Shown piece by piece: positions 24,314 to 36,521 of a DNA stretch of 64,000 nucleotides. How positions within the stretch are numbered: position 1 is the stretch's first letter; each line of letters opens with the position of its first letter. The stretch comes from Vermamoeba vermiformis (taxonomy: Eukaryota): contig JBEWZL010000244.1 of assembly GCA_045837725.1 (NCBI GenBank), positions 1 through 64,000 of the forward strand, written 5' to 3'. The translations under genes were made by a program, and so were the position numbers. Below the pieces are notes generated by a model. It saw only the letters and a list, made by a program, of their open reading frames with translations, was not told where the DNA came from and made no database searches.

Positions 24314-26665
24314 ATGTCTCAATTAGCTGATATCGGTTTGATCGGTCTCGCCGTTATGGGTGAGAACTTGATCTTGAACATGGCCAATCACGGATTTACC
24401 GTGTGCGCCTACAACCGTACTACCGCCAAGGTTGACGAATTCCTTGCTGGTCGTGCCAAGGGTAAATCCATCATTGGTGCTCACTCGATTGAAGAGCTCT
24501 GCAGCAAGTTGAAGAAGCCCAGAAAGATCATGATGATGGTCAAGGCCGGCAAGCCTGTCGACGACTTCATTGAGCACATTCTTCCCCACTTGGAGAAGGT
24601 ACGTGGTATATAGATTACTCTTTGCAATCAAAGATATTATTTTGAGATTTAGACCTCCTTGTGGAAATGGAAAATATTTTCTATTTATTTGCTTGCCTGT
24701 AAAATTCTCTATTAAGCTTTACATTATCATTTACATATATTAGCAGGTTTAAAACCACATTTTTTATGCATGAAGCCAGTTCTAATTTTAAAATAGGGTG
24801 ACATCTTGATCGACGGTGGTAACTCAAACTACAACGACTCCACTCGCCGTGTTAAGTACCTCACTGCCAAGGGCATCCACTTCGTCGGCTCTGGTAAGTA
24901 TTCCGCAGCCTTTGCTCTAGTCCTTCTAGAAAGTTCCTCCGTCCCGCTGGAACTAAAACGGGCATATAAAATCAATTAAAATAGATACTGCCATAATAAT
25001 GATATGCTAATTGATGATATAATTAATAGAATTGACGATCGCATATTCGCGATTGAGATTTTTTTTCCAAAAGTTCTTCGGCTGATCTTTCATTTTAAGG
25101 TGTTTCTGGTGGTGAAGAAGGTGCCTTGAATGGTCCTTCCATTATGCCTGGTGGTGATAAGGCCGCCTGGGAGCACGTTAAGCCCATCTTCCAAGTAAGA
25201 ATTCACTCAGATCAAAGCTGACATCCACGCAAAATATTGCAAAAAAACGCTTGATAATTTTTATTTCTTTTTTTGCGGCATTTTATTATGCGGTTTATAT
25301 TGTACGATCATATAATATAATCCTAATTTCATTTCTTTTAGACTATTGCCGCCAAGGTCGAAGACGGATCTCCCTGCTGCGATTGGGTCGGTGAGGAAGG
25401 TGCCGGTCACTTCGTCAAGATGGTCCACAACGGCATTGAATACGGTGATATGCAATTGATTGCTGAGGCCTACCACTTGTTGAAGGGCGTTTTGGGTCTC
25501 TCCAACGAAGAGATCTCCAACGTCTTTGCCGAATGGAACAAGGGTGATTTGGACAGCTACTTGATCGAAGTAAGTATTAATACTACATTTTTTACATTAT
25601 TACGTCCGTAGTTGATTAAATTTCAAATATTTTGTCGGATGCGAAACTATTCCACCCTTCCCAACGCCTTTTCAATTAAGTAGCAATATTAATTATTTTT
25701 GTAGATTACTCGTGACATCTTCAAGAAGAAGAGCGAGGAAGGTAACGGTTACGTTATTGATACTATTTTGGACGCTGCTGGTCAAAAGGGTACCGGCAAG
25801 TGGACCGTCGAAGCTGCCCTCGACACTGGCATGCCCGTCACTTTGATCGGTGAAGCCGTCTTTGCTCGCTGCTTGTCTGCTCAAAAGGACGAGCGTGTTG
25901 CCGCCTCATCTATTTTGCCCGGCCCTGCTCAAGAGCCCTTCACTGGCGACAAGCAAGCCATCATCAACGACATCCGTGACGCCGTCTTCTCTTCCAAGAT
26001 CGTTTCTTACGCTCAAGGTTACGTTTTGATGCGCGTAAGTGTTTGACTGAAACCGCTGCGTACACGTCACTTTTTGACGATGCGTGAAGCTCCAAAATAC
26101 AACCAACATGCTAACTCTGTGATTACTAGGCTCAAGCCAAGGAGCTCGACTGGCACTTGAACTACGGAGGTATCGCTTTGATGTGGAGAGGCGGTTGCAT
26201 CATCAGATCCAAGTTCTTGGGTAACATCAAGGAAGCCTTCGACAAGAACGCCAACTTGCAAAACTTGCTCTTCGATCCTTACTTCGTCAACAAGATGCAA
26301 GCTACTCACGTAAGTATCCGCCCTCAATGTATTTTAAATTATCCGATAATAATTCGCGAATCTGGTCACGGATGTACGCTGTACGTTATACAGAATATTA
26401 ACGATGTGTTTAATATTAGTCTGGCTGGAGACGCGTTGCTGCCCTCGCCGTTACTCGCGGTATCCCCATCCCTGCCATCTCTACCGCTTTGGCTTACTTC
26501 GACGGTTTGAGAACTGCTCGCTTGCCCGCCAACTTGACTCAAGCTCAACGTGATTACTTCGGTGCCCACACTTACGAACGTGTTGACAAGAAGCGCGGCG
26601 AGTTCTTCCACACCAACTGGACCGGCCACGGTGGTAACACTGCCTCCACTGCTTACATTGTCTAA
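24314..26665 (+). CDS. gnd: 6-phosphogluconate dehydrogenase, decarboxylating
   Basis: [58 protein letters not shown] and [10 protein letters not shown]. Confidence 0.97.
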
Positions 26666-26780
26666 GCCCTCGATTGTAACGCTTGTTTAATTCGTCTGTA
26701 ATAATCTCTTTGTTTTTTGACAACTTCATAAGCGAGTTGTGTTATAAATAAACTGTTTAAAATCCAAGTAAGCTCGCTAA

Positions 26781-28183
26781 ATGTCTCAAGATCCGACATC
26801 CATTTTTCTTCAGCGCTCCTCCACATGCGGAGCACAACAGCCAGTCACCGCTAAAATACTGTTTATTATTACTAATAGACGGAGGAAAGTTCTAGATGGA
26901 AGGACCAAACCAGGTAGAGAGGATCCAAGATCAGTCTCGAATATTGCAGTTCCATAATTTATTTTAATTATAGACTTATGAGATTGGAGGCATCCGCGTA
27001 TCGTTTATCACAAGTATGTTACTATAACTGCTAAGAATGTCCATTTTTCAAATTTGCGGAGACACACCATCTGCTCAGTACACTTACAGCCCACTATTTA
27101 CGTCAATTATCGAGAACATTAATTCAATAATATTAATACCTATTTTTCAATAGTATTTTTGTTCAGTTTCTTCGCTCTCGTGTCTTTAATTATTATTCTC
27201 GTGGTCAAGCTGTTCAGAGTAAAGTATTACGAACAAACAAAGAGGTAAATACTTAATATTTATGCATATTGTAATGGTTTGTAATGATGTGTATGGACAG
27301 GACCGGTGGACAACCTCTAGCAGAAGATGATTATTTATTAGAGAGCGAGCCACACCTCAGATTAAAGAACATTGAAGCAGATAAGCTATTGGTACGTGCA
27401 TTTTTGTATAATGTAACAACGATACTAATATGGCCCATAGTATAAGAAAGTTAGCCCTCAAGAACGAATTCTTTGGATCTACGAACGACCTAGTCATTGT
27501 ACGAACACTGCTATTCGTGAATATACTAGACACTAATTCTATGTACAGTTGTTAGGTCTATTTTGGGCTTTTCGATTGGATCACTCGGCCTCGCTGTGTT
27601 GGGCGTCGATGGCATCAATTATTTCATACGTCATGCAGCCCTCAAGGCAGATAGACTTCTATATTATCGTAGTTTATGTCGTGTTATTTGTTAGCTGGTA
27701 ATTAATGATCAAGCATATAACGTAATTCGTTTGGTGCTAACTTTGCTTTCGAAGGCTTGGCTGTGCTGTGATTAGTTTGATAAGAAAGCCAACTTCTCAC
27801 GGTAAGGAGTCATTAATCTCACTGTTACTCTGTCTAATCAACACAGCTGCCTATGCGTTAACAAATCAGCGAGCAATTATAATCGGATTATCGAGGCCGT
27901 CATGCGTTTCTGGTAGTGCAGAAGTACGGTGTACCAATATGCAACTCAAGGTTGACTTGTTAATATGTAGGAGGAGTTTTTGGAATACACATTCGGTCAA
28001 TTACATTCGGTCCAAGTAGAAAGATCAAGTGAGGACGAAGGCAGCATTTTATTCAAGAACCAACAAATTGGAGATTTGTCAGTGGCCACGGGCTTTTTCG
28101 ACATTCCAGACGTGGACTCCGTTGCAGCACTGATAAAGCAGCAAGTGGTAAATCAACGCCTCGGCTTGGAAAATGGGAGTTAG
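26781..28183 (+). CDS. Hypothetical membrane protein with a possible C-terminal bacterial-PH-like domain
   Basis: Multiple exons with hydrophobic segments. YALTNQRAIII...EGSILF...GFFDIPDVDSVAALI resembles bPH-type domains from memory. Confidence 0.45.
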
Positions 28184-28198
28184 ATGTGATAACAGGCG

Positions 28199-28477
28199 GA
28201 GCAAAGTAAATAGTCCTCACACCAATTATGCTTGAGGTTGAGTATGAGGATTAGGGTTGATCGGGAAGCAACTCAACAAGCATGCGAGCGTTAGCCGAAG
28301 TTGTGTGGCTCAAAAATATTTTTGCCTCGACTCAACGCCAAGCCCGCTTAGCTCAGTCGGTAGAGCGCACGGCTCTTAACCGTGTGGTCGTGGGTTCGAG
28401 CCCCACAGCGGGCGTATTTCTTTTTTTTTTGCTTGAAGAGCGAGCACGCAAACAACGAACTGCAACAAACAAGTCTG
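28199..28477 (+). repeat. tRNA-Lys cassette, left arm of inverted pair 1
   Basis: Reverse-complement match to 31832-32162, lacking the 47 bp at 32069-32115. Confidence 0.9.
28342..28414 (+). tRNA. tRNA-Lys(CTT)
   Basis: 73 nt. Acceptor GCCCGCT/AGCGGGC, anticodon arm CACGG-CTCTTAA-CCGTG, T-loop TTCGAGC, oligo-T terminator. Confidence 0.97.
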
Positions 28478-28633
28478 CTTGGCGTCCAATCAAGAACGCT
28501 GTCGAAATATATGTCCTTGCGGCGTGCAATTTTTTTTTGTCGACCGCGGAATTTGGCAACTTTTCAAATAATTGGCCTTTTTTTAAGTGCTGTTTCCTGC
28601 CGAGTACCTCAAAAGAATCGCGAGAGTTAAGAA

Positions 28634-29933
28634 ATGACACAGTTGTATCTTCCGCCAGAAGTGTGGTGCAACATTCTCTCGTACGTGCGAGATATTGATG
28701 AGGTTGTAGTTGCCAAGAGAATCAATCGCTTATTTTACAATGAAATGAAAGATAAAGACCCGTTATTGCTTGTGCCAGATGTTAACTGGGAAGCGTTAAA
28801 AGGTATTTTAGAAATTAATTAAAAATAATGCAATTTATTTATCTGAAAATCTTGTGCCTCGTGCAATTAACGATTTTAAATAGGAAATATTAGATATTTA
28901 TCGCAACGACGAATTTATACCGCGAAGCGTGAACAAGTGCTGGAATAGTACGTTGAACAGATCTTATAAACTAATTTTCCTTGCTTACTTTCAATCTTAG
29001 TTGGCGAAGTAATCAAGTCTCCGATGTGCTGAGAGATGCGGAAAGTCCTGCCGACGTGGCGAATAGATACTTTGTATTTAAAGCCTTGTTATTAAGTACT
29101 CGTGAGGTCGACAAAACACAGGCTATTTATCGCAAATACGAACTCGCAGCACCAGAGAATATCATTACCTCGAGTCAGTTCGTATGTATTAGTCATTATA
29201 TGGCTTAACGCTGACCTTCTGTTCGTAGTACACGAAATTGATCCTCGATGACGACTGCGTCAAAACAAAGCTTTACGTAGTAAGTTAGTAATAATAGATA
29301 TTGCTTGCATTATCAACATCTAACGAAAATTTGCTTAGTGGGACATTGACTCGGTAAGTTAAGCAAAGCAGGAGCGTTAATTAGGGTTAGGGTTTGACTT
29401 TCATTTAGACCGAGACATGCGTCCAAATACCGCCCATCTACTTAAACTTTGCCAATGCACTCTTGATGACATTCAGCGTCAACAATCGAGAGTCGTTCAA
29501 ACTGCTCATTGAACGCTGCATCAAGATCATGGGCACTTTTTATTCAAGAAAGTCAACGGTGCCGCCTCTCTTGTACCTCGTTGGATTGCGCGGAAAAACC
29601 GACGGAAAGCACCGAGTCGTGAAGGCAAAAGACATTGAGGTATGGTTCGATCTGCACTTTGACACGTGTCATTCACTAACCTGCGTCTAGCTCGTATCGA
29701 AAGTGTTCAATCTCAAGTACTTTGAAATTCCCGATAGCGCCGATGCAGTTACAGAGATGATGAACTCAATCACCGATGACATGCAAAAATCTGCCGCGTA
29801 AGTCTCTCGAGTGATTACTGTTACGACTTACCTGTCAATTTGCAGTGGGAAATGGGTCGCCGGAGAGCAAGGCCTCAGCGTGCTGCAAACAGCTGAACCA
29901 ACGTCTACGAAGAGATGGTGCAATGTATTGTAA
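28634..29933 (+). CDS. F-box + degenerate Ras-like domain with CAAX
   Basis: F-box LPPEVWCNILSYV. GTPase-like segments FKALLLSTREVDKT, YV|WD, LMTFSVNNRESF, LYLVG and LKYFE. Ends CNVL*. Confidence 0.65.
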
Positions 29934-29976
29934 ATCCAGCATCTTATTGTTCGTCCTTAACGTGCCAATAACAATC

Positions 29977-31661
29977 TTACTGCATCATTAACACGACTTC
30001 TAACATCTTCTTGTAACTCGCGTGATCAATTGACTTGACGATTTCTACGTTCGGTTCTTTGCCACTCATTTTGCCCCAGTCTATCAAATGTCAGTTTCTA
30101 CGACACTCGCAGGCAGTCAGATTTTGCTCACCAAACACTGTCTGGCCTCGTGAATATTGGCCGGCGAGTTCGACTGTGCCGTACACCGACTCGCGAGACT
30201 GGATCAACTCGGGCTTCAGAAACGCGGCTACAGCCACTACGTCAGCTCTGTGCAATCGTGATTAGTTCTGCAAACAGGTTTTTCAGCATGAATCAGTTAC
30301 TTACGAGATGAAAACCTCGCGAAGTTTGCCGCGCACGAGTGACTCATATTTGGCCATAATAGCGGCCATAAACTTGCCGTTATTGGTCGTGTTGTGTTTA
30401 ATGTACTGAAGGCACCGTTAGATTTCATGGCAGCTTGCTTCGTGGAACCGGATCTTACCTTGTCAAACCAATCCCAATCAATGCCACATGCCACCGCTAA
30501 CTCCCACGAGATCATTTGTACTTTAGGGAATTGTTCGAAACATATTCTAGCTGCTTCAGGATCGGCATACCTACGTTTGAAAATGTCATTATTACACGTG
30601 AATGTGACGCCCATGGTGCTGTCACTTACACATTCCATTCGCTTGTGAAGCTTGAATTACCGAGTGCTTGATAGGCACCAGCCATTGAGATCAGTTCTGT
30701 TAGTATTGTTAATTACTGACTTCAAAAATATCGATGGACTGTCGTACCTCTGACGCGGTTGGGAAGTGTCGGATCTAAACAAACAGCCAAAGCAACGTTC
30801 GTGAAGGGACCTACTGCTAATTAATAACATACTCGTATATATTATGGCATACCAATAGTAATCACATAGGTATCAGGGTGTTGCTTTGTAAGTTCGATTA
30901 ATGCTTGAGCCGCGTGCATAGGTTTTGGCTTTAAATTTTCATGACCCAAGTTGGAGTTGCCCAAGCCATCGGTACCATGGCCTAGTAGGCGAGTCGTAAA
31001 TGCATAATTTGATACGAGATCCATCATAATGACGATTACCTTCCCAGTTCGGAGGTGCGAAGGTGCCCAGGAGAGGTTTCGGAGCACCAGCATAGAACGG
31101 AATTTCTTCGGTCTTAGTTAATTCGAGGACATATGAAACATTGCGCAGTACAGCTGTAGTGAGTTAAACAGGAATTAGAAAGACAAAGGTACGCGGATCG
31201 AGACCTTAAGTCACTTACAGCCCAGATGAATGTTGCCGGATACGCATGTGATGCCGACCACTTCTACAGCTCCTAGTGAATAGTCGCCTTGGCGGGTCTT
31301 TTTGTGGGCTTCGAGCAAAAGAAGCAGAGCGAAGGCGCTTTGAAGAAATTAGCAAGTGGCTGGCAAAAGTCAATAGAAAAAAATTTAGAAGGCATGAGCA
31401 TATTTACAAAGCTGCGCATTGTACTCGTAATGAATCCCGCCTCTGCAGAGAATTTTTTAAAAAATAATTAAATTAATTTCAACTTGAAAAGAGATTTGAC
31501 CAATTAAAGTCCTTACTAGTGAGGGTGTATTAACTCAATTTTGTAAAATATAATGACAAATTATCAATGCAGCTAGCATATTACTCTGACAAAATTGAGT
31601 ATGTCTCTTACTCATCTACGCCACAATCAGTATCGATAATGACCTTTCTGATGGTGTTCAT
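29977..31661 (-). CDS. Inosine-uridine-preferring nucleoside hydrolase family protein
   Basis: KVIIDTDCGVD, GITCVSGN, HGTDGLGN, I|GPFTNVALA, ADPEAARI and VELAGQYSRGQT. Confidence 0.9.
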
Positions 31662-31822
31662 GACTCAAAGTTCCAACTACTCAAAGGTCTTGTTGCGTAT
31701 TGTTGTAGAGAAGAATAAAAAGTATGTTTTTTGACACGATTGATGTTTGTTAATAATAACTTAAGTCTTTCCGTATCCCCGCGCACCGTAAAGATGCAAA
31801 AAATAACGACACGTTCGTGCTT

Positions 31823-32162
31823 GTACACAACCAGACTTGTTTGTTGCAGTTGGTTGTTTGCGTGCTCGCTCTTCAAGCAAAAAAAAAAAAAAGAAATACG
31901 CCCGCTGTGGGGCTCGAACCCACGACCACACGGTTAAGAGCCGTGCGCTCTACCGACTGAGCTAAGCGGGCTTGGCGTTGAGTCGAGCCAAAAAATATTT
32001 TTGAGCCACACAACTTCGGCAAACGCTCGCATGCTTGTTGAGTTGCTTCCCGATCAACCCTAATCCTCGCTGGCCTGTTGCCGTCCTCTCCGCTCAAACT
32101 CTCTCTTAGTGCGCGATATTCAACCTCAAGCATAATTGGTGTGAGGACTATTTACTTTGCTC
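31823..32162 (-). repeat. tRNA-Lys cassette, right arm of inverted pair 1
   Basis: Inverted copy of 28199-28477. Its downstream flank matches the 60351 copy further, to ...ggttgtgtac. Confidence 0.9.
31899..31971 (-). tRNA. tRNA-Lys(CTT)
   Basis: Exact reverse complement of 28342-28414. Confidence 0.97.
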
Positions 32163-32332
32163 TACGCCCTCATTCGCAGAGGACAGCAGTTCTTGCGGAG
32201 GTTGGCTGGTTCTTGTCACTGCGTAGTCTGCTATTGAGATCGCAACTGCTTGGTATCAAAGGGTGTACTAGGCTGTGGACTCGGATATCTGTCTCGGATC
32301 GCGTAAAATGGCAGAATTTCGAAACGTGAACG

Positions 32333-34591
32333 TTACTCTCGCAAATTCTTCCCTTGCTCTTCCCCTTTAATTAATCAGTATTTTTCTTGCAATAACAAAC
32401 CCATACCAATTATCGCAACAGCTCCATTGAAGCCTACGCTTTTTTGCGGGATTAGACAAACTCGACGGCCGTCCGCTTTGTACACTTCGAATTGCTTTTT
32501 GTGAACTACAACCGATCAGTCACCATTGTCATTCCGAGCCTTGAGCTTATTACGTACCTGAATAGACGGTCCTGTCGCATTTGTTGCAGTATCTTTCGTG
32601 TTTTGTCTGTCCCACTGGCAAGTTCTGCCAGAATAGCGGACAATCATCGTGCTTGTGACAATTTTCAATCGGGTGCAAGAAGGTGCTACAACTAGACTGC
32701 ATTTGATCCAGCCTTGACCGATAAAATCTCTTCCAAGAAGCGACAGGCAGGTTCGGATTTTGCAACGGCCATTTTTTCAAAAACAACGCCTTCCAGATGA
32801 AATTGTCATTCGTGTAATTCAACCAAGTCTTGCACACCTGCATCACTAATAAGTTTTTCCGCGATTTTAACACTTTTGCGAACCTGGCGTAGCAATACTA
32901 AGTCTGCAGGTGCTCGAGCCAGCCACGAAAGCAATAATAGCGGTATCTCTCGGGGAACTTCTTCCAAATAATTCTTCCGCTCGTTTCTATAATTAGGAAC
33001 GCTGTTCAAATCAAATAGATACGGTCCTCTCATGTGAGCTTGGAAACGAATACTGGACTGCTTCGTGAAACATACTCCGAACGAATACTTGTTGTTTGTC
33101 GATATCGATATCGGAACTGTCAAGCCTAATAACCACAGTGTCAGAAACCATGCTTGTGGGCTTGGTCTACGTACGCTGCATGACTCCATTATGCGTCACA
33201 AACAACCTCGTTGAGTTGTAGCTGTCCAACAAAATGCCCATTCCCACGGTATCACCTTCGATATCACATTAGCGTCAGTACACTTTCAGAAGGAAGTTAC
33301 ACCTTACCAGGCTGTATAGGCGTTAGAGCGGCCATCGGGTGATGCAAAGAAGCGTTGTAAACCTAAGTTTATCGTTAGAATTGGGGCCATAAACCAACGA
33401 CCTACATACCACTCCGTCGTTCAAGTAGCCTGTGGTATCGTGTCCGAGCAATTGTGCTTGAGTCTGGTGATTCATATCTAATATAATTCCGACTTTTTCT
33501 GCGCTGTTAAAGGCCAAAAATGTCACCTCGAAGTACGCGTCATCAAGTGGTTTGTCGTTCAATCCTGTCAAATCCAAGTAGCCTTTTGTGACTAAATTCA
33601 TATTTGCAGGACAAGCGGACTCGTTGTTGAACGTTAAAGTATATTCGTGGGACTTTTCATCGTATTTCAGAACGTCATTCAACAAGTCAATGTCGAGGGT
33701 CGCGGTGTCACCAAGATATTGCCCCAAAGAACATTTTTCGCACTCTGAGTACTCCATACACTCGTAGCAAATGCTGGATGTTATAAATTTGTCTATAACA
33801 ACATTGCATTTGCCACAGTTGATTTGACCATCGAGGCGCCAAGGATCTCCGTGGTAACTTAACTTTGTTAATACGTGCGGATGATACTTCGACTTTATCC
33901 TCCTGTTGAATATAATACGGCTGCTAGCGTTACATGTGTGGCACAAAGTCCATCCGTTGCAAAATTCGCACGAGAAATATCCTGGGACAGATCTGGTAAA
34001 TAAAGATGTTAGTTGTATTTAACTAACTTACTATAGCCCACAATCGCCAAGTTGCATTTGTTGCATTTCATTCCTTCAATTTTCTCTTTGTATTCTGTCA
34101 ATGGATGCGGATGTAGCGCTAAAGCATTGCAACGGTCTTTATAAAATTGAATTAGCGGAACCCAGCTGCTTAATTCCTTTGGATCCTTCAAAGTCACGAT
34201 TATTAATAAGAAACGAGTGATTATTTACTCACTTCTCCTGGTAAGGGAGTAAACTCGATATTGGAACGAGTGTTCTTATAAACAAACGACAACCCGTTTC
34301 CATACGTGTGTATGTTGAATATACTCTCTATATAATACTTTCTATAAGTGTTAGTTGGATTGCTGAATAATAAATTAAAAAAATATTATTTGAAATAAAA
34401 AATTAAGTTAAGTTGATTACTGATAATTAATGTATCGCTCATTAATAATTAAATCTATATACCTTTTTAAGGTCTCGAAAGGGCAGATCGATTTCCAAGT
34501 GTGTTGTCCATAATCTAGCAGTAGCCTCAGTCTTGGCGGGCAAAAAATCAGTTTGTACCAACGCCTTAGTTTGGCGTAGTAACTTTTCCAT
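32333..34591 (-). CDS. Cys/His-rich + SPRY + F-box protein
   Basis: HPHPL..CNKC and HPHVL..CGKC (DC1/ZZ-like). YFEVTF..VGI...GYLNDG and GDTVGMG (SPRY). VPREIPLLLLSWL...VCKTW...IWKALF (F-box). Confidence 0.65.
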
Positions 34592-34888
34592 TCACTTGCA
34601 CCACCTGTGTAGTTTTTACGGCGAGTTCAAAACAAAGATCCTGAACCACCGAAGCGCGCTAATAATGGTATTTCTTTCTTAAAAAAAAACAAGCAGTAGC
34701 AATGTCCATGGTATTCCGTGTTACTATCAGATCAACCAAGATTGACATTCTGGTCAAATTCGCAAAACTCGCCTCTATTTGGCAAAGCTTTTTTTTTTCC
34801 TTTCGCATAATTACTTACATTCGAACAAATGAACCACAAGGCTAATATCCGACGCAACTGTGACAAGAACATTAACTACGAGTAATTT

Positions 34889-36450
34889 ATGGATTTGAAG
34901 AACAAGAACGCCGCTGTTGTCATTCAACCGGTCAATATCGCGCAAAAAATTGCCGAGCTCGGTGTAAACTACGAGCGACAATTTAAGAATATTATTCCGG
35001 GCTTTATTATTGCCCAGCCCTTTGTCCACGAACGAGAGATCGACAATACGCTCGAAGAAATTCAACAGAGTTTCTCTTACCAGGGTTTCGTTGCAAAAAC
35101 CGATCTTGTCATTCGCAAGGGCGAGTACAAATTTGAAATTGGAGTCGTGCCAAAGGAGGTAAAGTGGAAAAAAATTATTTGAATTGATCTAACATTATTC
35201 TCAGGATTCACGACATCTTATCGACGACCTTCAAGTAGCTTTATATCACACTATGGGAATTAAGTAAGTTTTCAGTCAATTGCCTAACACCAAACATAGC
35301 GCTAACAAATTGTAGTTTGGAAAGCGCTTCTGTCAACGCCTTTATTCCGCTTGCAAGCTTTGCAACTGAGGTATAATTAATACTATAAACGCCCCAGATG
35401 TAGATTTAACGCTAATGTATTAGACTTTGGCTCAGAAGAAACTTTCTGAATGGACCCAGATCTGGGGTGATTACTCATTCGCTGTGGACGAGTTAGTCGT
35501 TTTTATGAAACAATTAGGCAAGCCCTTCACTGCCACCGACAAGACCATATCCCTCTTAGTAGATGAGGACGAACAAGAGGATGTGATGACGGATGGCGAT
35601 TGGTCAAACACACAAGGAGACATTACTGATTTCTCAGAGTTTATTGATGCAGCTACCGATGCCGATAGTCGACCTGCAGTCAATTCTGAGAATAACAATA
35701 CCCCTCTGACCATCGCACATGCTGATACCGCATCCGGCTTGTCAACTGGTGTACAAGAGGAAAGTGTCAAGGTGGCGCGTGTTAAGGTCAACAAGCCTGT
35801 TTCTCGTGCACGCACAAACATAGTCCTAGCCGATAAGAGCACTCGCCCAACTGGAAGTCTTGGCATCGCTGTAGATCGTGTCGAGAAGTGGATCGTGGAT
35901 AGCGTTTATCCAGAGAAGCTTCCTAAGACCCGTAACAAGTTGATGGGTTGCATTCGTCCATTTTGTATCATCGTTAACAAGCCCGATGTCGACAAGATTA
36001 TCAAGGAGTTAGTTGAAGAAGGCTACTTGGACCCCGAGACTCGTTATTTCACACCTTGCCCTCACATGGGTAAATACGGTAAGTGCCTATCAATATCGCC
36101 TTTAGATAGTAGGTGCCTAATATTATATTATAGAAATCAAGTATTTCTTCCCAAAGGCTGACGAGGTCCGAGGTATCTTCCACGACTTTACTACGCGAAA
36201 CAAAACCACTTTCTTCCAACGACATTTCGACTTCACCGAGCACGAAGACAAGATCTTGCGTCAATGCCGCCTTATTTTCACGAGTGAGAAGGCCTTTGAG
36301 TTCCCTCACAAGCGTGAAAGCTTCATGAAGAAGATGTACGAAATGTTCGAGACCAAGGAAAATGTTGATCCGCAGAAGGTCGTCTATCGATTGATCGAGG
36401 AAGGCTTGATCGAAATTGATATGGACGATAATGTTACCTATTTCTTGTAG
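34889..36450 (+). CDS. Hypothetical protein; N-terminus may be a degenerate 2H-phosphoesterase fold
   Basis: Several clean exons. Acidic linker and a duplicated C-terminal V..II..LxEEG motif. Confidence 0.55.
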
Positions 36451-36521
36451 CTACCGGCTCTAAGGAATAAACTCCATTGGTGCTCCAATAACGAGAGTTA
36501 TGTTCCGTAAAAGGAAAAATT

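Noticed and set aside
28342-28477. tRNA cassette as a tRNA-derived SINE
   Set aside because: The tRNA is perfect with an immediate oligo-T terminator and upstream DNA is co-duplicated. No poly(A) tail or target-site duplication is visible.
28282-28698. ORFs containing QARLAQSVERTALNRVVVGSSP (also at 31873, 60246 and 62901)
   Set aside because: These are translations of the tRNA sequence, not proteins.
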